Below are positions 1 through 9,559 of a DNA stretch of 64,000 nucleotides, piece after piece. The notes below the pieces were generated by a model that was not told where the DNA came from, searched no databases, and was given only the letters and a program-made list of their open reading frames with translations. The stretch's first letter is position 1; each line of letters starts with the position of its first letter. Location of the stretch: positions 14,385 through 78,384 of the forward strand of contig JBNLGQ010000040.1 in NCBI GenBank assembly GCA_050306135.1, read 5' to 3'. This stretch comes from Gammaproteobacteria bacterium (GTDB lineage Bacteria > Pseudomonadota > Gammaproteobacteria > GCA-001735895). The position numbers and the translations under genes are program-made.

Positions 1-23
1 ATGTTATCGCAGCGAAATTAACC

Positions 24-126
24 AGGGAAGCTCTGATTAATTCAGAGGTTTGTGTGAAAAACGAAAATCAGACTTATTGTTTTTCGTGCTTCGAAAGTTC
101 ATGGATGAGTTATTCAGAGTTTCCCT
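24..126. mobile_element. MITE-like element bounded by 21-bp imperfect terminal inverted repeats
   Basis: AGGGAAGCTCTGATTAATTCA (24-44) matches the reverse complement of 106-126 (AGGGAAACTCTGAATAACTCA) at 18/21; non-coding interior. Confidence 0.55.
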
Positions 127-185
127 ATTATGAATTCACCTGATTGCTTCTGAGTCTCAGGTGTTGGCAGCCTGTGCTTCAGGCA

Positions 186-1253
186 CTATCTTTTTTTCTT
201 ATTCTTCATGGTGGTTTTAATAAATTTCCCAAATTCCTTGTCCTTCTTTCTTTTTTCAGAATAAGACATCTCGTAAAATGCTGACTCATTCTTCATTTTC
301 AGATAGTTCCGGTAGCGTTTTTCAGATAGTGCACCTGTATTTATAGCTGCCAGAATGGCGCAACCCTTTTCATTGGTATGCGAGCAATTGCTGAATTTAC
401 AATGCAATGTGAGTTCGATAATCTCCGAAAAGGTTTCGTCTATACCGCTATCAACAGACAGGTTACCCAGCTCTCTCATCCCCGGGGTATCTATGATCAT
501 TGCGCCACCCTCTAAACGAATAAGCTCCCTGCTTGTCGTGGTGTGGCGGCCTTTGTTTTCCTTTTTACTTACCGATTGCGTTTCATAGTCATCTCGCCCC
601 AGAATGCTATTTAACAAGGTGGTCTTTCCAACACCGGAAGAGCCGAGCATGCAGTAAGTATTACCGGGAGTTAGTAAATCCTTAATCGTATTTAAATTGT
701 CACCGCTTAAATTACTGAAGGCCAATATCTCTGTTTGAGGAGCAATAGCCAGAATACTCTGCTTTATCTGATCAATCTCAGACTGATCGATAAGATCACA
801 TTTGCTCAGTAAAATTACTGGAGTGATTTTACTTTCATTCACCATCACCAGATAACGTTCCAGACGACTGAGGTTAAAATTGTAATCTACCGACTGGATG
901 ATAAAGGCAACGTCTATATTTGCCGCAATTAACTGGTAATCAACCAACTTGCCGGCAGTTTTCCTTTTTAAAAGTGTTTTCCTGGGTACCACATCATGAA
1001 TAATGGCATGGGTATCGTCGTCATAAAAATCCGCATAAACCCAGTCACCGGTGGTAGGTAGATCCACTGGTGAATCTGCGGTATATGAAAGATGACCTGA
1101 TAATTCTGCGAATAGCTCACCACTTCCTTTGCTAATACTGAAGCTATCTTTATGCACTGAAAAGATGCGCGCTAACTCATGTGTGGCTAACATCTCAGTA
1201 TCAAGTCGATTTTTGAACCAGTCGCTGTAGCCTAACCTTTCCAGCTTATCCAT
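186..1253 (-). CDS. rsgA: Ribosome small subunit-dependent GTPase A family (circularly permuted GTPase)
   Basis: SKCD, GSSGVGKT, GRHTTT, DTPG and C-terminal Zn motif CKFSNCSHTNEKGC; start placed at MDKLE (1253) behind a GAGGA RBS; may be a paralog. Confidence 0.85.
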   Translation of the reverse strand: MDKLERLGYSDWFKNRLDTEMLATHELARIFSVHKDSFSISKGSGELFAELSGHLSYTADSPVDLPTTGDWVYADFYDDDTHAIIHDVVPRKTLLKRKTAGKLVDYQLIAANIDVAFIIQSVDYNFNLSRLERYLVMVNESKITPVILLSKCDLIDQSEIDQIKQSILAIAPQTEILAFSNLSGDNLNTIKDLLTPGNTYCMLGSSGVGKTTLLNSILGRDDYETQSVSKKENKGRHTTTSRELIRLEGGAMIIDTPGMRELGNLSVDSGIDETFSEIIELTLHCKFSNCSHTNEKGCAILAAINTGALSEKRYRNYLKMKNESAFYEMSYSEKRKKDKEFGKFIKTTMKNKKKR

Positions 1254-1260
1254 ACATTCC

Positions 1261-1953
1261 TCAATCATGTTGAACCATATTCTCACCGACAGAATAAGCC
1301 ATGATCATACTCAGCTGACGGTAGGGGAGACCGGTTTCCTCATGAAACTGGTTAAAGGTTTGTTGAATAAGCTTCAGGTCTTTCTGGCTTGATGGATTGT
1401 CGGAGATTTCCAGTCCATGCAACTTCAGGCAAAGGACAACATCATGAGTGAGTGCAAAGCTATCAGCTCCAACGCGCTGCAGAAAATACTGACCGGTGTT
1501 ACCGCCCAGTCTACTGCCTCTATTTTTAAGATAACGAAATAAACCCACCAGATCGCTAGTAGGCCAGTCAGCCAGGAATTGACCGAAACCATGATACTCA
1601 TTCGCGGTATCATTGACGAACCAGAGATTATGTCTTAAGGCTTTAATTTTTTGACGATTACGTACAATTCTCGTGTCCTGCATATAGCCCTCCCAGTCAT
1701 CATCAGAAAGCTTCATTAATTTCGTTAGATTAAAATCAAAAAAGGCTTCCTCGAATGTTGGCCATTTTTTATTGATCACTGACCACACAAAACCTGACTG
1801 AAAAATTCCGCGAGTCATTTCGGCTAAAAAGTAGCTATCAGGTTTCTCGGATAGTACTTCTGGTGTTCCAACTTCAGGTAGCAGAGATTCCAGAACATCT
1901 TTGCCTCCTTTCCTGTTAATGGCTCGGTTATGGATGGTTTTGAAGGTGTTCAT
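1261..1953 (-). CDS. DNA-3-methyladenine glycosylase I (Tag-like) family protein
   Basis: IFQSGFVWSVINKKWPTFEEAF and IVRNRQKI motifs. Confidence 0.75.
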   Translation of the reverse strand: MNTFKTIHNRAINRKGGKDVLESLLPEVGTPEVLSEKPDSYFLAEMTRGIFQSGFVWSVINKKWPTFEEAFFDFNLTKLMKLSDDDWEGYMQDTRIVRNRQKIKALRHNLWFVNDTANEYHGFGQFLADWPTSDLVGLFRYLKNRGSRLGGNTGQYFLQRVGADSFALTHDVVLCLKLHGLEISDNPSSQKDLKLIQQTFNQFHEETGLPYRQLSMIMAYSVGENMVQHD

Positions 1954-2129
1954 AGTTTATTTGGGGGATTTCGATTGATTCAATGTCACGATTTTATCGA
2001 TTTTTTCATTTCGGGGGCAAAATTAATTTATTTGGCCGCTATTTGATCTGGCAGGCCTTTCAGAAGGGTGTAAATGGACTAGACTATAAGTGCTGTTGTG
2101 ATTTTTTAATCAAACGAAGGAGAACAGCT

Positions 2130-2600
2130 ATGGCTATAGCAGAAACCGTAAAGAATTATCTGTCACAAAATTCAATCAACTACGGTCTAGTCTCGCACCC
2201 ACACTCAGGTTCCAGCCACGAAACAGCTCTGGCCGCTCATGTACGAGAGGATCACATCGCCAAGGGTGTGATGGTTAAGGATGATCTGGGCTATGCAATG
2301 GTACTGGTACCAGCCGTTAACTATATAGATATGAAACATTTACGCAGGGAGCTTGATCGGGAGTTGAAACTTGTAGAAGAGGACGAATTTGCCTCATTGC
2401 TACCCGACTGCGAGCCCGGTGCTGTGCCACCAATCGGACAGGCCTATCAGATTGAGACTTTTCTGGATGAGTCTCTAACCAGCCTTGCAAATGTATATTT
2501 AGAAGCTGGTGACCATGAGAATCTGGTTCAACTCAGTGGAAATGACTTCAAGGCTTTGCAGGGCGGTGTAAGACGAGGGCACTACAGCAATCAAATTTAA
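2130..2600 (+). CDS. YbaK/EbsC family aminoacyl-tRNA deacylase
   Basis: AKGVMV lysine motif, DCEPGAVPPIG, EAGDHE; start MAIAE after an AAGGAG RBS. Confidence 0.85.
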   Translation: MAIAETVKNYLSQNSINYGLVSHPHSGSSHETALAAHVREDHIAKGVMVKDDLGYAMVLVPAVNYIDMKHLRRELDRELKLVEEDEFASLLPDCEPGAVPPIGQAYQIETFLDESLTSLANVYLEAGDHENLVQLSGNDFKALQGGVRRGHYSNQI

Positions 2601-2854
2601 GTGATCAGGTAAAGTCTTGGCCACTGATTGAGCAACATCTATACCCTGTATTCATGGGTTGTGTGACGGTTGAGGGTTTAAATAGTATTCGCATAGCCAG
2701 TTGATAACCGGCTAATGGTTTGCTGTGGCCCATAGATATTACACAGGGCTGAACTCGACACACTTGATTACCGGGTTAATATTGAGGCATACAATGGAAA
2801 ACTATTTCACTAGTAGTTTAAACCCTCTGTCACTCTTTGGAGGAGAAAACTTAT

Positions 2855-4648
2855 ATGCTGACTAAAGAGCAGTTAAGCCAGGCTATTGATCTGTATTTAA
2901 AGCAGAATTATTCACAGCATGCCATTGTTCTGGATGGCGATTGGGGTGTGGGTAAGACCTATTTAATCAATAATGTTATTTTGCCCGGTATCGAAACCAT
3001 AGATTATTTTCATATATCACTTTTCGGATTAAGCACAATAACTGATATCGAGAATGAAATTTATAAAAGTTTCTTAATCAGCACGAATACAAAAAATAGT
3101 TACTTTTCAAATGGAGAGTATTTAAGTGGTGATCTATTAAAGGGAGCCAGGTTGGGCGGTGTTGGTTATGCTGTTCAGTTCATTCTGAAGAAATATAGAG
3201 ATTTTGATAAGCAGTTGTTCAAAATTGTTTTGTGTATTGACGATCTGGAAAGGTGGGTAGGCGATTTAAATATCTGCTTATCCTATATTAATAAACTGGT
3301 AGAACATGAAAATATAAAATGTATTATTTTGGGGAACCTGAACGCTCTGAATGAAGATGGAATACAGAGCCTGGTAAAAGCCAGAGAGAAAACGATAAGG
3401 CATATTTATAAATTTGAAAATACAAGTGTTTCCAGAATTGAAATAGCCATGGGGCTAATAGACTATAAAAATAAGGATTCCCAGGACTTTATAAATACTT
3501 TGCTGTATAGCAATATTGACCCGCTACTTAATTTTTTAAATAAAGTAAGCGAAAAAAATATTCGAACAATTTCCGAAGCTATACAGCTTTATGAGTATAT
3601 TTATTGTCGTCATGAAAAAGAATTTAAAATTTCCAGAAGATTATCATTTACCTATTTTTTAACCCTGTTATCAGCATTAATTTTACTTAAAAAACACTTT
3701 ATCCATGAAAAAGAAAGGTCCGTATTAACTTCTGGAGATTATCGGGAAAATAATGGGTTTAGTTTGCTGAATAAAATTGGTTATTTCGATAAGAATTCAC
3801 CTGGATATCTGACAGAGAAATCAAAGCTTCTTCTTGATACGATTTTTTATAGATTAGATGAGATATCGTTAAAAGGTATCTTTAGTATTATAGAAAATGG
3901 ATTCTATAGAGAAAGAGATTTTGAGGATGATTTTAATAGCTGGATAGATGAAAAGTTTTACGAGCATTATCTTGATACATTCAACTTCCATCAGCTTGAT
4001 GAAGAAGAAGCTGTCGAATTATTAAGGGAAATAATAAGAACCATACTGCATGAGCAAACAATAACTAATCCAGCAACCCTGTTGCTTTTGTCGGAGAGGA
4101 TATTAAACGATATTGAAAAGGGTGTGATAGAGCTGGATTCGGATAAGGTAGAAAGAGAGATTGAGTCAGTAATAAAATGCCTATATGAAGAGGAAAAAAT
4201 GGATGTCATGGATTTAGAATATCTTAATCTACATGCGGAACGATACCCCAAAAGTAAGGCGTTATTTAAACTGACATTAAGTCTTAATAGCCGCTATGTT
4301 AAAGATTCCAGGAGTCATCTACGCAAGAGATTCTGGGAATCATTAAAAGAATCACCTAATGAGATCAATAAGCTATTTAGTAATATATCTGACTGCTCAT
4401 TTTTAATAGATGCTGATTCGGCTGAAGACGTTCTCGACTCTCTTGATTCTCTACATAACGCTCAATTATATTTTTTATCAAGAGAACTGGCTGATGTTAG
4501 AAAAAACTTAGGGCAGGGTGAATTCAATAAAAGTGATGAATACTTTCTCAAAAAAATTATTGATGTAATTTATAAAAAATATGAATTTAAATATGGAATG
4601 CGAGCAAGCAATATGAAAGAAATTGCTAGTACGCTTTCTTCTTTTTAA
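2855..4648 (+). CDS. KAP-family P-loop NTPase
   Basis: Walker A GDWGVGKT, ISLFGL, Walker B LCIDDLER; GGAGGA RBS before ATG 2855; markedly AT-rich. Confidence 0.8.
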   Translation: MLTKEQLSQAIDLYLKQNYSQHAIVLDGDWGVGKTYLINNVILPGIETIDYFHISLFGLSTITDIENEIYKSFLISTNTKNSYFSNGEYLSGDLLKGARLGGVGYAVQFILKKYRDFDKQLFKIVLCIDDLERWVGDLNICLSYINKLVEHENIKCIILGNLNALNEDGIQSLVKAREKTIRHIYKFENTSVSRIEIAMGLIDYKNKDSQDFINTLLYSNIDPLLNFLNKVSEKNIRTISEAIQLYEYIYCRHEKEFKISRRLSFTYFLTLLSALILLKKHFIHEKERSVLTSGDYRENNGFSLLNKIGYFDKNSPGYLTEKSKLLLDTIFYRLDEISLKGIFSIIENGFYRERDFEDDFNSWIDEKFYEHYLDTFNFHQLDEEEAVELLREIIRTILHEQTITNPATLLLLSERILNDIEKGVIELDSDKVEREIESVIKCLYEEEKMDVMDLEYLNLHAERYPKSKALFKLTLSLNSRYVKDSRSHLRKRFWESLKESPNEINKLFSNISDCSFLIDADSAEDVLDSLDSLHNAQLYFLSRELADVRKNLGQGEFNKSDEYFLKKIIDVIYKKYEFKYGMRASNMKEIASTLSSF

Positions 4649-4664
4649 ACGGAATGAAGTATCC

Positions 4665-4694
4665 AGGGCCTGTTTACAGGTGTTAACAGGCCCT
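4665..4694. repeat. Inverted repeat hairpin after the KAP gene (terminator or collapsed MITE ends)
   Basis: AGGGCCTGTT-N10-AACAGGCCCT, 10-bp perfect stem. Confidence 0.5.
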
Positions 4695-4876
4695 TATATA
4701 GTCGTAAAAAAGTGTTCTATATCTGTAATGATCAGCTGATCGAAATATGTACACTTATTTATCTGTAAGTGAAATATCCGTCAGGAAGTAAATTGTTTAG
4801 CTTTCTGCTTCCCTGGATCAGTCTGAATGACCCACCTGACGGAGGGCATGGAGCCCGAAGTAATGACAGGTAAAGG

Positions 4877-5740
4877 CTAATGCAATAGCGTAAACATGCG
4901 ACGCCGATACGTCTTAACCAGCGGATTATCTGACCCTAAAATATCAAACACCTCTAGCAATCCCTTACGCCCGGCATCATCTTTAAAGGTTCTATCCTTC
5001 ATCATGATGTCCAGCAAAATCTTAATGGCTTCTTCAAACTGTCCAGCTGCAGTGAGATAATCACTCATCTGCAACAGGGCATCCAGATCATCTGGGTTAT
5101 CTTTCAGGCGCTGCTCGATCTCAGCCGGATCACCGGCATCCTTAAGCTTCACTGCAAGCTTAATCTGCGCCATCATTTCGCGCACTTCTGGCATATCCTT
5201 ATCTTCATCGTTTAAGGTGTCGATCAGTGCGCTGGCACTTTCATAATCACCCTCATTGGCGACCATTTTTGCGATATTGATTTTCAGGGAGCCATTCTGT
5301 GGATCGTCGGCCAGTGCCTTGTTCATCATGTCCAGAGCATCCTGTTTGCGCCCTTCCTGATAGGCGAGTACTGCTTCACTCATGATTTTATCTGATTCAG
5401 ATCGAATGTGCTTAGCGAGGAACTTACGCACCTCTGATTCGGGCTGTGCACCCATGAATTCATCGACAATCTGCCCATTTACAAACAGCTTAACGGTAGG
5501 AAGGCTTTTCACTCCGGCATGTGCAGCTAGTTCGCCCTGTTCGTCACTATTTACCTTGGCAAGAATGAACGCGCCCTGATATTCTTCGGCCAGCTTGGTG
5601 AGCACAGGAATCAGTGCCTGACAGGGTTGGCACCATTCAGCCCAGAAATCGACCAGTACCGGTTGTTTGAATGAGTTTTCTACGACCAGCGTATTAAAGT
5701 CCTGTGCTGTGACGTGATGAATATAGGGAGATTCGCTCAT
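4877..5740 (-). CDS. cnoX: Thioredoxin-TPR co-chaperone (YbbN/CnoX)
   Basis: DFWAEWCQPC thioredoxin domain, TPR repeats, C-terminal YRRRMFTLLH. Confidence 0.9.
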   Translation of the reverse strand: MSESPYIHHVTAQDFNTLVVENSFKQPVLVDFWAEWCQPCQALIPVLTKLAEEYQGAFILAKVNSDEQGELAAHAGVKSLPTVKLFVNGQIVDEFMGAQPESEVRKFLAKHIRSESDKIMSEAVLAYQEGRKQDALDMMNKALADDPQNGSLKINIAKMVANEGDYESASALIDTLNDEDKDMPEVREMMAQIKLAVKLKDAGDPAEIEQRLKDNPDDLDALLQMSDYLTAAGQFEEAIKILLDIMMKDRTFKDDAGRKGLLEVFDILGSDNPLVKTYRRRMFTLLH

Positions 5741-5854
5741 AGGGGTGCCCGACTTAAAAAACAAGATCGCATATATATAAGGATAACCGTTACAAAATCA
5801 AGCTTGCGATATATACTTTCGCCGCATTAAACCAACAGTACGGAACTCAGTCCA

Positions 5855-7741
5855 TTGAATACAACATATGATGCCTCTGCCATCGAAGTCCTTACCGGCC
5901 TGGACCCGGTAAAAAAACGTCCCGGTATGTATACCGATACTTCGCGTCCTAATCATCTGGCGCAGGAAGTAATCGATAACAGTGTAGATGAAGCGATAGC
6001 AGGTTTTGCCACTCAGATTGGCGTAATCCTGCATCAGGATAACTCTTTGTCGGTCATCGATGATGGCCGCGGTATGCCGGTGGATATCCATCCTCAGCAG
6101 GGTATTCCCGGGGTAGAAGTCATTCTCACCAAGCTGCATGCGGGTGGTAAGTTTTCCAATAAAAACTATCAGTTCTCTGGTGGATTACACGGTGTGGGTG
6201 TGTCCGTGGTGAATGCACTGTCGCGTCAGCTGGATATAAGGGTAAGACGTGATGGCAAGGAACACTCGATGAGTTTCCAGCATGGCGAAAAATCCTCAGA
6301 TTTAGAAGAAATCGGTACGGTGGGTAAGAGAAATAGTGGTACCACCATACGTTTCTGGCCGGATGAAAGCTATTTTGATAGCCCCGGTTTTTCGGTACCT
6401 CGTCTCAAGCATATCTTACGCGCCAAGGCCGTTTTATGTCCGGGTCTAAGAGTTAAGTTCTACGTAGAAAAAACCAAAGAAAGTGACGACTGGTGTTATG
6501 AAGATGGCCTGTCAGATTACCTGAAAGAGTCTTTGAGCGGCTTTGAGATGCTGCCGCTGGAGCCTTTTGTCGGTTCAGTAAAGGGTGAAGTAGAAGCCGT
6601 TGACTGGGCGGTAGTATGGCTACCTGAAGGTGGTGAAACGATTACTGAAAGCTATGTAAACCTGATCCCTACTGCACAGGGTGGTACCCATGTGAATGGA
6701 TTACGCACTGGCTTAACCGATGCCATACGCGAGTTTTGTGAATTTCGTAATCTGGTACCGCGTGGTGTCAAGCTGGCTCCAGATGATGTGTGGGATAAGG
6801 TGTCCTTCATTCTGTCGGTAAAGATGCAGGATCCCCAGTTTTCCGGACAAACCAAAGAAAGACTTTCATCGCGCGAAACGGCAGCATTTGTTTCTGGTAT
6901 TGCCAAGGACGCTTTCAGTCTATGGCTGAACCAGCATGCTGAGACTGGTGACCTGCTTGCTCAAATGGCGATTTCTAACGCTCAAAAGCGACTGAAATCA
7001 TCCAAGAAGGTTGTTCGTAAAAAAGTGAGTGCGGGTCCAGCATTACCTGGCAAGCTGGCGGATTGTACAAGTCAGGATGTGAATCGTACCGAGCTATTCC
7101 TGGTGGAAGGGGACTCGGCAGGTGGTTCTGCAAAGCAGGCACGTGACCGCGTGTTTCAGGCGATTATGCCGCTGCGCGGTAAGATCCTGAATACCTGGGA
7201 AGTATCGGTAGATCAGGTACTGGCTTCGCAGGAAGTTCATGATATCTCGGTGGCCATAGGTGTTGAACCGGGCTCGCCTGACCTGAGCGGACTGCGTTAT
7301 GGAAAGATCTGTATTCTGGCTGATGCCGACTCGGATGGACTGCATATCGCAACACTGTTATGCGCCTTATTCCTGAGACATTTCCAGCCACTGGTAGAAG
7401 GTGGGCATGTGTATGTGGCTAAACCGCCGTTGTATAGAATTGATGTAGGTCGTGAAAAATTCTATGCACTGGATGAAGCGGAACGTGATGGCATTCTGGA
7501 TCGAATTGCTGCTGAGAAAAAGAAAGGTAAGGTTACAGTGACCCGATTTAAAGGTCTGGGTGAGATGAACCCCCTGCAATTGCGTGAAAGCTCAATTGCA
7601 CCAGATACCCGACGACTGGCGCAGCTTACTATTGAAGCAGGTGATGATTCATTCAAGATCATGAATATGTTATTGTCCAAAAAATCCGCTGCCGAACGTA
7701 AATCCTGGTTGCAGGAAAAAGGCGATTTAGCAGAAGTGTAA
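5855..7741 (+). CDS. parE: DNA topoisomerase IV subunit B
   Basis: EVIDNSVDE, GGLHGVGVSVVNALS, EGDSAGGS, PLRGKILN, DADSDG; 628 aa with no GyrB insert; TTG start. Confidence 0.97.
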   Translation: MNTTYDASAIEVLTGLDPVKKRPGMYTDTSRPNHLAQEVIDNSVDEAIAGFATQIGVILHQDNSLSVIDDGRGMPVDIHPQQGIPGVEVILTKLHAGGKFSNKNYQFSGGLHGVGVSVVNALSRQLDIRVRRDGKEHSMSFQHGEKSSDLEEIGTVGKRNSGTTIRFWPDESYFDSPGFSVPRLKHILRAKAVLCPGLRVKFYVEKTKESDDWCYEDGLSDYLKESLSGFEMLPLEPFVGSVKGEVEAVDWAVVWLPEGGETITESYVNLIPTAQGGTHVNGLRTGLTDAIREFCEFRNLVPRGVKLAPDDVWDKVSFILSVKMQDPQFSGQTKERLSSRETAAFVSGIAKDAFSLWLNQHAETGDLLAQMAISNAQKRLKSSKKVVRKKVSAGPALPGKLADCTSQDVNRTELFLVEGDSAGGSAKQARDRVFQAIMPLRGKILNTWEVSVDQVLASQEVHDISVAIGVEPGSPDLSGLRYGKICILADADSDGLHIATLLCALFLRHFQPLVEGGHVYVAKPPLYRIDVGREKFYALDEAERDGILDRIAAEKKKGKVTVTRFKGLGEMNPLQLRESSIAPDTRRLAQLTIEAGDDSFKIMNMLLSKKSAAERKSWLQEKGDLAEV

Positions 7742-7823
7742 TGCTGGGGCAATCAGTTTAAATTAAAATTATGGTCGTGTTCTTTGCGCGGCCTTTTATC
7801 CTTATCAGACAGGTAAGCATCTA

Positions 7824-8642
7824 GTGGTACAGAAAAAAAAATTGAGATTACATGGCTTTAATAACCTGACAAAGACCTTGAGTTTCAATATTTACGATAT
7901 TAATTATGCCGCAAATAGTGAACAGGAAAAACGTTATATTCAGTACATTGATGAAGCTTATAGCGCTGAGCGTCTTACTCAAATATTAATCGATGTAACA
8001 GAGATTATCGGCGCTAATGTGCTAAATATTGCGCATCAGGATTATGACCCACATGGCGCCAGTGTTACCATTCTGATTTCTGAAGAGCCTGTCGCGGCGG
8101 AATCAATATCCAACACTGAGTCACCAGGGCCTTTGCCAGAATCAGTAGTCGGACACCTGGATAAAAGTCATATTACGGTACATACCTATCCCGAAAGCCA
8201 TCCAGAGAGTGGAATATCCACTTTTCGTGCGGATATCGATGTTTCTACCTGTGGGCGAATTTCACCGCTAAAGGCCTTGAATTATCTAATACATTCATTT
8301 GAATCGGATATCGTTATCATGGATTACCGGGTGAGAGGGTTTACTCGTGATGTGAATGGCAAGAAGCATTTTATTGATCATAAAATCAATTCAATTCAAA
8401 ACTATCTGGCACGTGATTCGCGCGAGCGTTACCAGATGGTTGATGTAAATGTTTATCAGGAAAATATTTTTCACACCAAGATGGTGTTAAAGGAGTTTGA
8501 TCTGGATACCTATTTGTTCGGTGTGGATGTGGATGATGTTTCACCCAAGGAGCAGCGCATGATCAGTGAAAAAATTCGCCGTGAAATGATGGAAATATAT
8601 TATGGCAAGAATATCGGTCGCAGTATGCGATTGACCTGGTAA
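7824..8642 (+). CDS. speD: S-adenosylmethionine decarboxylase proenzyme (E. coli type)
   Basis: [23 protein letters not shown] self-cleavage site, DVSTCG. Confidence 0.95.
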   Translation: MVQKKKLRLHGFNNLTKTLSFNIYDINYAANSEQEKRYIQYIDEAYSAERLTQILIDVTEIIGANVLNIAHQDYDPHGASVTILISEEPVAAESISNTESPGPLPESVVGHLDKSHITVHTYPESHPESGISTFRADIDVSTCGRISPLKALNYLIHSFESDIVIMDYRVRGFTRDVNGKKHFIDHKINSIQNYLARDSRERYQMVDVNVYQENIFHTKMVLKEFDLDTYLFGVDVDDVSPKEQRMISEKIRREMMEIYYGKNIGRSMRLTW

Positions 8643-8688
8643 GATAGCAGGAACATCGCTCATCCAGGTTGAGTTTTCATGTTGAAAA

Positions 8689-9474
8689 TCACTCAGCAGT
8701 AATCGCCTCTCCTGAATTCGAACGACTAAAAAATTTGGACAGGTTGTCGAGATATTCATCAAATGATGAAATGCTGCCATGACCGCTGCCCATTATCACG
8801 CTGACCTTAGTTTTGGCCGGGTCTAAAGCCCGAATCAGGGCTTCACTATGTTTTCTGGGCACTGTACCATCCTTTTCAGCCAGTAGCACCAGAACAGGCT
8901 GCGTCAATAATGATGCCCTGGAGAGGGAATCGAATCTATCCTTTAGTAACCACCTGACGGGAAAAATAGGGTAATGAGACTGTGCTACGTTTATTACACT
9001 ATCATAGGGTGTGACCAGAGCCAGTTTGTCGATCTTTCTCTGGGTAGCGAGATAGATCGCCACACCTGACCCCAGGCTACGGCCAATAACGCTAATGCTT
9101 TGATATTGTGTACTGAGAGCGTCATAGATTGCCAGTGCATCTTCGAATAACGCCTTTTCACTGGCGCTGCCGCTACTACCTCCGAATCCACGGTAGTTAG
9201 CCAGATAAACAGTATGGTCTGGCAACGCCTGATCAAATCTTGTGATGTTGTTTTCTATCGCTTCTGCATTACCACCAAAATAGATAATGGCATGCGGTTG
9301 CTGGTGGATCTTCCACAGTTTCATGCTTTGCTGGGGAGAGTTTAACCAGATGGCTTCAGCCTGTTTTGAATCAGCTTCAGGTGTGGGGAAATAGAGTAGA
9401 TCACGCTGCTTGATAAACAACATCAGGGTGGCGGTCAGATATAAAAACAATAGTAAAAATAAAACTTTCATCAT
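8689..9474 (-). CDS. Membrane-anchored alpha/beta hydrolase (Bem46/ABHD13-like)
   Basis: N-terminal TM, YFGGNAE, YRGFGGS, GRSLG nucleophile, DGTVP, GH. Confidence 0.85.
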   Translation of the reverse strand: MMKVLFLLLFLYLTATLMLFIKQRDLLYFPTPEADSKQAEAIWLNSPQQSMKLWKIHQQPHAIIYFGGNAEAIENNITRFDQALPDHTVYLANYRGFGGSSGSASEKALFEDALAIYDALSTQYQSISVIGRSLGSGVAIYLATQRKIDKLALVTPYDSVINVAQSHYPIFPVRWLLKDRFDSLSRASLLTQPVLVLLAEKDGTVPRKHSEALIRALDPAKTKVSVIMGSGHGSISSFDEYLDNLSKFFSRSNSGEAITAE

Positions 9475-9559
9475 GTGGCAAGTTTAAAGGTTTGGCATAG
9501 CTTCCACCACAACAAGACGGTAAACTACCGCCCACAAAAAATCATCTATCTGGTTACGA

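Noticed and set aside
5798-7752. Antisense ORFs over parE, and similar ones over parC, aroC, leuC, accD and cysS
   Set aside because: Shadow frames of conserved housekeeping genes.
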